Shown here in pieces: positions 29,774-41,600 of a stretch of DNA of 64,000 nucleotides (position 1 is its first letter; each line of letters begins with the position of its first letter). The notes under the pieces are model-generated. The model saw nothing but the letters and a program-made list of their open reading frames with translations, was not told the origin of the DNA and ran no database searches. The DNA comes from Ylistrum balloti (lineage: Eukaryota). A program made the position numbers and the translations under genes. Location: positions 186,001 through 250,000 of the forward strand of contig NW_026781887.1 of NCBI RefSeq assembly GCF_031769215.1, in the 5' to 3' direction.

Positions 29774-32375
29774 CTAAAGCCTGTTTGTGCTGTACTCATT
29801 GGGAAATTTAAACTTGTGAGATCCTTCTCCTCTGATTTTTGGCAAGGTTCCAGCATTAGGAATGACATTCCATGACAAAGTCAGAGTCACGTTGTTGTTT
29901 CCTCTACAAATACAGAAAATGGAAAGTCCAGAGGATATGACACACAAATATGGCAAGAAAATTCTCACAATTATCAATACGACAAACACTATAGCAGAAA
30001 TAGCAATTAAATGACCGCTGTCTAGCATATTGAATAATAGTGCATCTTCATGTACATTTAGATTACAGTGTATCTCACTGTACTCTTAGGTTCCTTACCC
30101 AACATGAACAAAACAAAAAGCATTATGTCATTATAACCTTATACTCCTATCCGGTTTTCGTTGTTGTTCATTTATGAAATAAGGATGAACTTACAGATCT
30201 GATTTTGATTTCTATCAAGCTTCAACTAAGCCTTACAAGGCCTGTATTAATATTTGAAGATCTGTTCTGATTTATGCAGGAAATTTTACATATAGAATAG
30301 TGATGAATCAATTTGTTTGCATACATGAAGAGCAAAAAAAAAAGAAATATGGTAGCGTTCTCTCAAATGTGTCATATTTAGGTACTTCATTAAACTTATC
30401 AACCAATGTAATGTTCAGAAATAAAGGCAAATGTGTAATTATAAAACTTCACTTTAGAAGAAAGTTATTTTTTTCTACCCAAATGGAAATATAACTATGT
30501 TTAACACAAAAAGATTCTTACTTCAGGCCATTGCCATAATCCCAGAAATAATATTTGGTATTGCTGCTGCGGTAGTCAAGAACAGAGTTCTCTCCCCTCT
30601 TAATGATTTTGTCCCAGATCACCACCTGGTTTAAAACCTATAAAGAACAGAATAAAGTACAATGTAATTTCAAGATATACCATAAACATGTAATGTCATG
30701 CTTTCTGCCTATTCTTTACTGCAAAATATGTTTTACATGTAAAAAATACATTGGTGTCTGCAATCAAGCACAATTCCATTTCTATTCAAACAAATTGACT
30801 GCCCTGCCCTTAGTAAAGCATGCCACAAACCAAATATTGGGTATCGTGGATATTGTTAATAATCTAGAATGTAGAAATGATTAAATGTAAGATCAAATAA
30901 TTTCCATAGCATGGCCTTGTCCTTCACGCAAAGTTAGTGATGAGTTTATAAAATTACACCATAAATATCACTGTCAGATGATCAAACAATCAGGAAATGC
31001 TAACACTAGCTATAGGGACCTGAATGCATCCAGCCCTTCTAGTCCCAGATTTTATTATCATACTTACATGATCTTTTGTCTCATATTCTGCTGTCAGATA
31101 CAGGAACAATTGCTTCACATTCCAGTTAAATATCCTTGATAAATGTGTGTGTGTTAAAGAAAACTCTTCTCAGAAAAGAAATCACACTGACATTAAGAAC
31201 TGTAAGTATCCATTTTAAAATGCAACCTTGCTATCAGGATTCAACAAAAGCAGAAAACGCTATCTCTTGTACCATGTTTACTATAAAATTAAGCATTTTT
31301 GGAGGATGTATCTTCTTAATCTACAAATTCATATGCCCACATATTGTTAAAATAATCATATATAGATTTATTGAGTTATAAATACTTATGAAATCAAGTG
31401 TCTACGAAATAGTATTTTTTTTTAAATATCGAAAATTGAGCCCAATATACCTAAGATTAAAAATGCTTTTAAAGGATATCTGCTTGCATATCAAAGACAA
31501 CAAATCCAAGGTCATTCTTTTCTCTTGTGGCGCTGTAGTCGGGAACATTTTTTCTGCAAAAGACAAAAGAACTCAACAATTGTGTTCTTCTGCATGTTCA
31601 AAATATGAATGGATCCTAGGGAGACATTGAATTAAATAACCTCTGTTACATTGGTACTCATGTATGCACTCAGGAATAATACTTCCATATGCACCACAAA
31701 GTAACCCCTGAAAACTCGTTATTTCTTATTTATTTCTTGGAAAGGAGTATCTAACCCTTGTGAATATTTGCAGCAATATACCACTTGCCTAGAGAGACCA
31801 CTTCAGTTTGGTCATTTGGGTATAAGACCAGGAAGTCCCAGGTTTGAGTCCTAGCAGAAACATTGAAATAAATGGTAATCTCTGTTACATTTAGTCATCA
31901 AAATTTAAAACATGTACAGTTATATGTATTCATGCACATGACTTAAGGATACAGTAGTAAATGCTAACATCTGTCGGTCATCGGCACCACTAAATCATTT
32001 TAGGAACAGAGTTAGTCTAGACGAAAACAGACCGCAAATATCAAACATGATCACAGGCTCGAATATACTATCAGAAATTAAACATACGGTACATGCCTGA
32101 CCACATACTAGGAAGACACAAATATAACATATCTAAGTTGCATGTGAAGAAAAGAAAAGGCCACTGGTATGAAGAAACGTCCAGATGGTGGCCTAACAGC
32201 TCATGAAAGCCGGTTATGTATCAATTGCTTACACTATGGTTTTCCCAGTTCCAATGTATACCAGGGCTTTGTGTTCATTGAAAGCCGTCGTAAGGAAACA
32301 ACAGAAAGTCAATCCCGCCATCACACTAAGTGTGAAGGCGAAAATTGTATTCAATCTGGACAGAAATGTGTTCAT
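29774..32375 (-). CDS. SPCS3: Signal peptidase complex subunit 3 (SPC22/23), 5 exons, 179 aa
   Basis: Exons 32375-32233, 31553-31480, 31144-31068, 30637-30522, 29903-29774 (143+74+77+116+130 = 540 nt). Translation MNTFLSRLNTIFAFTLSVMAGLTFCCFLTTAF...[45 protein letters not shown]...VLNQVVIWDKII...GNGLKGNNNVTLTLSWNVIPNAG is clearly the SPC22/23 family. Confidence 0.97.
31145..31479 (-). other. U12-type (minor spliceosome) AT-AC intron, SPCS3 intron 2
   Basis: 5' end ATATCCTTT (31479-31471), branch site TTTCTTTAAC (31162-31153), 3' end AC (31146-31145). These boundaries restore the conserved ...[15 protein letters not shown] frame. Confidence 0.93.
31795..31895 (+). mobile_element. Degenerate tRNA-related SINE-like fragment in SPCS3 intron 1
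   Basis: B-box-like 'gtcccaggtttgagtcctagc', followed by 'ctctgttacatt', which recurs near 31640. Confidence 0.35.
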
Positions 32376-32655
32376 CTTTCCTGTGGCTTGTTGGCCGGAA
32401 GTGTTCGTCAGCTAAAATGGTCAAGTATAATTGAAAGAGTTGGACGAAATTCCGTAAAAATAATATTTGTTGTTTGATCATTTAAAATGTTTTCGAACAT
32501 ATGTAGATATTATAGTGTCTCTGCTATTCACGTATTATTTATATAAATATAGTTATTTATATTTTGTTTGATTATATAACAGTTGTTGTATTTTTTATGT
32601 CAGTCCGGAATTGCCATTTTAATTTTAGTTTGATTGATAGTCACATGATTGAATC
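32376..32655. promoter_or_regulatory. Putative bidirectional promoter, SPCS3/PRCP
   Basis: Divergent start codons only 280 bp apart, which must also hold both 5' UTRs. Contains ETS-like CCGGAAGT (~32394-32401) and CCGGAA (~32605). Confidence 0.6.
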
Positions 32656-35600
32656 ATGGCGGCTAAGTTAAACCAGTTCATTTTATTTCAGTCATTGATT
32701 TGTGTGTTATCTATATTATGTGTTGAATCACTGCGAAAAGGTTTTCCTCATCGGAAGTCTCACCAACTTAGGGAAAGTGGTTATGCTTACAAAACAGCGT
32801 ACTTCGAACAAAAGGTAACTAACACTTTCAGTTTAAAATTGTACCACGGGCACGCTCTTCGACAGTTCTTTTCCGTTTTTATATTATGTTCGTTATTAAT
32901 TGGTTGATATTTCCATAATTGGCCAAACAACATATCTGTGTTTTTGTTATTGACAAACTTATAGAACGTTATAGAGGTAGACAATTGTGTGGGTGTTGTT
33001 TTTGCATGAGTTATCTCCCATCGACTGTGTTTATGGAACACTACGACCTGTTTTACGTGCATACAATACATGTTATTATCATTACTACTATAGTTAGAAG
33101 CTAATTATAATTGGTAATAAGTGTATGTATACACATGTACCATTTTGGCCAATGAATTATTTGCAAAATATCAATACTTTTTTTAAATAAGCAAGATTGA
33201 AAAGTGTTCACAATCTTCATGATATCTCTCTTACCACCGTTTTCAAGGCCTATATGGATCATATATATTCAACTACCAAGAAACAGCGATAATTGAACTT
33301 GAGTACATTTATTTGATACAAATGAAACATTTATTTAACATTTACTAAGGGAAGGTAACTCAAGAGAGCTTGAAGCTTGGATTTGAATTTAAACAACACA
33401 CATTTCAGTAAGTAAACCTTGGAAAATGTACCTGTGTGATCAGATCATCTGTAAAGAGCCTGTTAATGATCAGGACAAGACCCAGATTCAATTCCTGATT
33501 TGGCCGCTTGACTGGAATGTGTATTTTCCTTGTTCTTTTACACATGTACGGTACATCTAATTTTAGTCCAGATGTACTCAGATAAGTTTCTGCATGCCGC
33601 TACAGTCATTAACATAAAAAAAATAGTATCATTATATAAGTACTTCAATCTTTTATATTTCTAGGTCGACCACTTTGGATTTGCCAATGATGACACATAT
33701 AAACAGAGATATCTAGTGGCTGACCAATTTTGGGACAAAAATGGTGGACCTATATTTTTTTACACTGGTAATGAAGGAGACATTACATGGTTCTGTAACA
33801 ATACTGTGAGTATCTGTGTGGACCTATCCTGCATCCTTTGGCAAAAAATATCTTAGTGGATATATATTATGAAATCAGTTTATAAATATATATCCATGAA
33901 AAATTTCTATAAATAATTCCAATATCCATAATTTGAAATAGGGACATTCCACAATTATATCCTCAATTCATTTGTCAGTTTATTGATATTAACAGATGAT
34001 TTGCGGATAATCAAAAATGATTAATGGATAACCATCAATGGCAACATTTTATCACATTTTTCTTAGTTTTGGCTGGATATATTCAATATTTGCTTGTGTG
34101 AAAGCTTGTTGGTTCTTGGCATCAATACATTATATCAGTCAACTTCATTCTGAGTGAAATAAAAGTTAAATACCTATCATATTTCATAATTCAGAAACTC
34201 AACATCTAGTGATTTCTTTTTATAGCATGTTCTGGAAAGCTATATGAAAATGAAAATATTTGCCTATTTTTTCAAAGAAATAGTTGACATGTACATGTAC
34301 TTGAAATATGATGTTATATGGCCCCAATATGCAAGTATATGCATGAACTGGTTGCTGTACAATGTGGATATACGTAGCTAAACTATTCTAGATCCAGAAA
34401 AATTTCATTTGAAACATATTGTCACATTTCATTTGAAATTTGTATTTTTGATGATTTTTTATAAAAAAAAGTCTAAATTTGTGGGTTTAATTGTATGGGG
34501 GCAAAAATGCAGATCCCCACATTTGGGCCTGTAGGGCTGGCTGAAATGGGGGAGTTTGATTGCATTTCAGATACTTCTTCTCCAGACTGAAGAACTGTAG
34601 AATTAAGAAAATTTCGATAGATTGAAAAGTTCCAAGGTGCTTTGTCAGAATTATAAATTTTATATCCGAAAGTCCTCCATTTCACTCTAGGGAGAGAGTA
34701 ATTTTGCTAAATCATTTATACTGATGACTTGAGAAAATGACCATTTTGTTTTGGATATTTTAATTCTCTTTAGTGAGAAATAATTCAATTGTGACTGGAG
34801 TTGCAACCACCAGATCTCAGTTTGATAGTATATGATTCAGAACCCACCCCTAGGGTTTGAAGGATGGAACACAAAAGTGGAGATTTGCTTATATTTCAAA
34901 ATCTTCCAGACCCAGATACTGTAGATTGATAAACTTTCTATGGATGGAAATGTCCCAGATTTATTGTTAAAAATCATTTTGTCAACAATTTTGCTATATA
35001 TTAGACTTAATAAGTAAAATGCCTTTATAGATATATCACATTTAATGGGCATATTAACAAAAATGGCAAATATGATAATGTTTGAAATGATATTCAAAAC
35101 ATAGTAAGCTTACATAACACTTTTCTTTTATGTTCTTATTCAGGGATTTATGTGGGAACTGGCCCCTAAGTTGAAAGCCCTGCTGATTTTTGCTGAGCAT
35201 CGATACTATGGTGCTTCTTTGCCTTATGGTGCTGATGCTGCTAAGGTAATTGAGTAACATGCTTCAACCAAATGGAATTATATAATACTGCTAATTTTAA
35301 CACATATTATAAAACCATTAATGTGTTTTTTGATAGAATGAATGTAAGGAAATGATGCATGTTCTACAAAACAAAAATTTTAAATATGTAAAAATTCCAA
35401 AGTGAGATTAGTTTGATGTGGGCAGATACAAGTTCCAACTTGTCAGTAGAAACATGAAAAAAAAACAATACAATGTAAAATTTGAAAGTTATCTCTCACT
35501 ATTTCTTCATCACAGGATCCTAACAAACTACAGTATCTGACATCTGAGCAGGCACTGGCTGACTTTGCTATACTGATCCAAGAGTTGAAGGCCAATGAAC

Positions 35601-38600
35601 CAGGAGCTCAGAACAGCAGAGTGATTGCCTTTGGGGGATCATATGGGGGAATGCTGGCTGCTTGGCTGAGGATCAAATACCCTAATGTTGTGGATGGGTA
35701 GGGTACAATGTCAGATTCTAGATCAAATACCCTAATGTTGTGGATGGGTAGGGTATAAAGTCAGATTCTAGATCACATACCCTAATGTTGTGGATGGGTA
35801 GGGTACAATGTCAGATTCTGGATCAAATACCCTAATGTTTTAGATGGGTAGGGTACAATGTCAGACTCTAGATCAAATACTCTAATGTTGTGGATGGGTA
35901 AGGTTAGACATCAAATTCTAGATCAGATACCCTTATGTTGTGGATGGGTAAGGTTAGACATCAAATTCTAGATCAGATACCCAAATGTTGTGGATGGGTA
36001 AGACCCAGATACCCAAATGTTGTGGATGGGTAGGGTACAATGTCAGATTTTAGTTATTTAACCTAGATCAGATACCCTACCTGTGTAGACAAATTTTTTA
36101 TGGATGGTTGACACTAATGTCATAGAATATAAATAGTTTCAAACCTTAATTGAACATTTTATATGCATTTTTAGTTTTAGATAGCCCACCATATTCAGAT
36201 GATGTACAAATAATCAGATAATGTTGTGGATGGGTAAGGTTAAACATCAAATTCTAGATCAGATACCCAAATGTTGAAATTCTAGATCAGATACCCTTAT
36301 GTTGTGAATGGGTAAGGTTAGAAATCATGAAATTCTAGATCAGATACCCAAATGTTGTGGATGGGTAAGGTAAAACATGAAATTCTAGATCAGATACCCT
36401 AATGTTGTGGATGGGTAAGGTAAAACATGAAATTCTAGATCAGATACCCAAATGTTGTGGATGGGTAAGGTAAAACATCAAATTCTAGATCAGATACCCT
36501 TATGTTGTGGATGGGTAAGGTAGAAAACATGAAATTCTAGACAGATCAAATGGGTTAAAACATCAAATTCTAGATCAGATACCCTTATGTTGTGGATGGG
36601 TAAGGTTAGACATCAAATTCTAGATCAGATACCCTTATGTTGTGGATGGGTAAGGTAAAACATGAAATTCTAGATCAGATACCCTTATGTTGTGGATGGG
36701 TAAGGTAAAACATGAAATTCTAGATCAGATACCCTTATGTTGTGGATGGGTAAGGTAAAACATCAAATTCTAGATCAGATACCATTATGTTGTGGATGGG
36801 TAAGGTAAAACATGAAATTCTAGATCAGATACCCTTATGTTGTGGATGGGTAAGGTAAAACATGAAATTCTAATGTTGTGGATGGGTAAGGTAAAACATG
36901 AAATTCTAGATCAGATACCCTAATGTTGTGGATCATGGGTAAGGTAAAACATCAAATTCTAGATCAGATACCCTTATGTTGTGGATGGGTAAGGTAAAAC
37001 ATGAAATTCTAGATCAGATACCCTAATGTTGTGGATGGGTAAGGTAAAACATCAAATAGTTAGATAACCTTATGTTGTACCTGTGTAGACTAGATCAGAT
37101 ACCCTAATGTGGATGGGTAATGTTTCAAACCTTAAGGTAAACATGAAATTTATATTTGCATTTTTAGTTAGTTTTTTTAGCCCACCATATTCAGATGATG
37201 GACTTATCAATCAGATACCCAAATGTTGTGGATGGGTAAGGTAAAACATGAAATTCTAGATCAGATACCCTAATGTTGTGGATGGGTAAGGTAAAACATG
37301 AAATTCTAGATCAGATACCCTAATGTTGTGGATGGGTAAGGTAAAACATGAAATTCTAGATCAGATACCCTTATGTTGTGGATGGGTAAGGTAAAACATG
37401 AAATTCTAGATCAGATACCCTTATGTTGTGGATGGGTAAGGTTAGACATCAAATTCTAGATCAGATACCCTTATGTTGTGGATGGGTAAGGTAAAACATG
37501 AAATTCTAGATCAGATACCCAAATGTTGTGGATGGGTAAGGTAAAACATCAAATTCTAGATCAGATACCCTTATGTTGTGGATGGGTAAGGTTAGACATC
37601 AAATTCTAGATCAGATACCCTTATGTTGTGGATGGGTAAGGTTAGACATCAAATTCTAGATCAGATACCCTTATGTTGTGGATGGGTAAGGTAAAACATG
37701 AAATTCTAGATCAGATACCCTAATGTTGTGGATGGGTAAGGTAAAACATGAAATTCTAGATCAGATACCCTAATGTTGTGGATGGGTAAGGTAAAACATG
37801 AAATTCTAGATCAGATACCCTAATGTTGTGGATGGGTAAGGTAAAACATGAAATTCTAGATCAGATACCCTTATGTTGTGGATGGGTAAGGTAAAACATG
37901 AAATTCTAGATCAGATACCCTAATGTTGTGGATGGTTTGGGTACAATGTCAGATTTTAGTTATTTAACCTTCTACCTGTGTAGACATTTTTTATCAATGT
38001 TGACACTAATGTCATAGAATATAGAATAGTTTCAAACCTTAATTGAACATTTTATATTTGCATTTTTAGTTAGTTTTTTTAGCCCACCATATTCAGATGA
38101 TGGACTTATCAATCGCCCTTCATCCATCGTCTGTTGTACCTCCATCCTTAAACAATTCTTGTTATCACTACCAGGTATTTCTTGATCATTCTCAAGTTTC
38201 ATATGTAGCTTTACTTTTTTCCCTAGTTCTGCATAGCCCATTTTGGGGATGATCAGAGAAACAAGTCATAGTTTATCATGGCTGTTTCTGGAGAAACATT
38301 GGATAGATCATTCTCAAACTTGATATGTAGCCCAGGTTCACCGTAGTTTCGAGCTGTGCACAGTGAATTTGATGAAATGATCAGAAAAACAAGTTGGCAT
38401 CTTGGTTTTTCGACAATTATAGTTTGTAATCACTATTGCTGGAGAAGTGTTGGATGGATCATTCTCAAATTTCATATGTAGGTTTGTTTTGGTTCCATTA
38501 TCCAAATAGACAAACATTTTGGTTTCTCATACTCATAGTTTGTTATGACTAATTCTGGATAAGTACTGGATGGATTATTCTTAAACTGTTGCTTCATATG

Positions 38601-41600
38601 CAATTTTAGTTTAGTTCTTAGTTTTGCATAAATTATTTTAGGACTGAGCAGAAAACAGGATGGCAAATAGGTGGTGATCTTGTGCTTTGAAAGCTATTGT
38701 TTGTTACTGCTGTTTCTGCAGAATAGTTCGGTAGATTATTCTCTCATTTCATATGTAGGTTTGCTATAATCTGTAGTTATACCCTTTTTTATTTTTTGAC
38801 TGATCAGAGAAGCAAAATGGGAGACAGGTAACATTCTTTGAATTTGACAATGAAAGTTTGATATTTCTATTTCTTGAGGAGTACTGAATGGAGCTTTTTT
38901 AACTTTGATATGTTGGTTTCACTTGGTACGATATTGTGCCCTTTTGATTTTGGAATTGATCTGAGAAACAAAAAGCCAACAGATAAACATCTTGGATTTT
39001 GCAGTTAAAGGTTATTACCACTGTTTCTTCATATAATGATGAGCAGAAACGGAGGAAAGAAGAGGAAAGAAAGTTAAAGAACAAAATAAAGATAAAATAT
39101 TGGTGGGCATAAATTCAAGATCCCTCTAGGATCTCTTGTTCTCAAGGAAGGTGTATTCTATGTCTATATTTTTATGTCTGAAACAATTTGCATCTTTGTT
39201 GATCTGCTGGAAAGTTGTATTTGATTCTTTTTTATTAAGTATGTGAGTCTTGTCTAACTAGAAAAGGAATAATCTTAAAAAGACCATTTATATATGAAAA
39301 ATTTTCAAAAAATAAAATTAAAATTAGTAACTTTTCCTGTCATTTGGTAGCTGGAGATTTGTGATTTTTTCCAGGTCCCTCGCTGCCTCTGCCCCTATTT
39401 GGAGCTTCATAGGTCAGATCCCTTGTGAGGCTCAGTTGCAAGTTGTCACCAACTCTTTCAAGAGGGAGTCTTCAACCTGTGTCAAAAACATCAGGAAGTC
39501 ATGGGGTGTCATCAACACATTAGGTGCTACAGGTACATAATGTCACAGATTGTAAGGACAAGCTAATTCACCATACAACACAATGGAGGCTACATGTACA
39601 CAGCATCACAGATTGTAAAGACAGGCTAATTCACCATACAACACCATGGAGGCTACTTGTACACAGCATCACAGATTATAAAGACGAGCTAATTCACCAT
39701 ACAACGCCATTGGGGCTACTTGTACACAGCATCACAGATTGTAAAGACAGGCTAATTCACCATACAACACCATGGAGGCTACTTGTACACAGCATCACAG
39801 ATTATAAAGACAAGCTAATTCACCATACAACACCATTGGGGCTACTTGTACACAGCATCACAGATTGTAAGGACAAGCTAATTCACCATACAACACAATG
39901 GCAGCTACAGACAAGCTAATTCACCATACAACACATTGGGGGTTACAGACAAGCTAATTCACCATACAACACATTGGCAGCTACAGACAAGCTAATTCAT
40001 CATACATCACATCGGGGGCTACAGACAAGCAAATTCATCATACATCACATCGGGGGCTACAGACAAGCAAATTCATCATACATCACATCAGGGGCTACAG
40101 ACAAGCTAATTCACCATATATCACATTGGCAGCTACAAACAAACAAATTCATCATACATCACATTGGCAGCTACAGACAAGTTAATTCATCATACATCAC
40201 ATTGGCAGCTACAGACAAGTTAATTCATCATACATCCTGACTATATTTAGTATGTTTATGTATTATAGAATGGTCAATATTGGCTATTACATTACACCAG
40301 CAGTAGTTTGGAACTTTATTTCCTGTGTTGATTTATGCTTTGCCAGATCTAATTTGGTTACATATTTCATGAGCTTGAAGTTTATAAAAGAGAAGCATAG
40401 TTTCAAAATGGAACACTTCAGTTTGGTAGGTTTACTAGAATGCATAGACAATGTTTTATAAGAGTCCATATCAAAGGAAGCTCTGTTTTGTCATACTTTT
40501 CTGTACCAAATAAGCTGTGTATTGGCTGAAGCCAAATAAACGAAAGATTCTCTCAAAGTTTTTTCATCTTTTGTATTCTTTTATCTTTACCAAAACCTAG
40601 CTTGTGTGACATTACCATTAATTCTCCATATGTTGCCCCAAAAGTTTAACAACCATTATTTTATTTCAGACTTGGGGAGGGCACGCCTTTCCACCACATT
40701 TGATTTGTGTGCACTGTTGAACACGAGTGCAGATGCAGGTGCCCTGAAGTCATGGCTGTTAGAGGTCATGTTTAACCTGGCTATGGTAGATTATCCCTAT
40801 CCAGCCTCTTTCCTTGAACCTCTGCCTGGCTGGCCTATCAAGGTGAGGTCTTTTTCTGTATAGTACCAAATCCTAAGCAAGGTATATGTAGTTAACACTT
40901 TATCTAATTATTAAGGTCCATTTATTGCTTTAGCTCTCTGGGAGGTCAGATAGTGACTTTGACTACAGACACTTTCTTAAAATGATGAGTAGAGGAACAG
41001 GAAACTTTGTACTGAAAATATGTTGTAAATCCATTGGAAGGTTATTGTGAACATCCATGTTTTCGTGACTTGGATCTATATGTTTGAAAACTGTTTTATC
41101 ATCTGTTCTTTCTTCAAAATAATATTCAATTGACCAAAGATAGAAACAAACCAGTTGGTAGAGAAACTCTTATATAAAATAGATGTCATTTTGTATACCA
41201 AAATAAGGAAACTGTTACCCATTTCTGGACCAGGACAATGAGAATAAATTCAGGTGATCTACAGGTTTGAGAATGGGGTCACCACAAACTGTATGTAGCT
41301 TATGAGATCATGGTTATAGCTAATATGTTTATTTTTTATTTTTTACATACAGGCTGTGTGTGGCCCTTTGTCTAATGAAGTTGTGGATGATGTAGCCTTA
41401 ATTGAGGCTCTATCTAAGGCAGTCAAAGTATACTACAACTACACTGGTCAGGCCAAGTGTTTAGATGTCAATCAGAATGCAGTGGGAAGTCTTGGAGATG
41501 AACTATGGGGATATCAGGTAAGCAGTTTTATAGTGACCCTCTTTATTCTGGAATAGAGAAACTTGTTCAAACAATGGGGATATCAGGTTAGTAGTTTTAT

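Noticed and set aside
29904-30028. Hydrophobic N-terminal part of the 84-aa minus-strand ORF
   Set aside because: Intronic read-through upstream of the SPCS3 last-exon acceptor (exon starts at 29903).
35671-37936. CRISPR-like appearance of the regular arrays
   Set aside because: Units are head-to-tail with no unique spacers, there are no cas genes, and the context is eukaryotic and intronic.
39524-40240. His-rich ORFs (LIHHTT repeats)
   Set aside because: Translations of the 63/38-bp intronic array.
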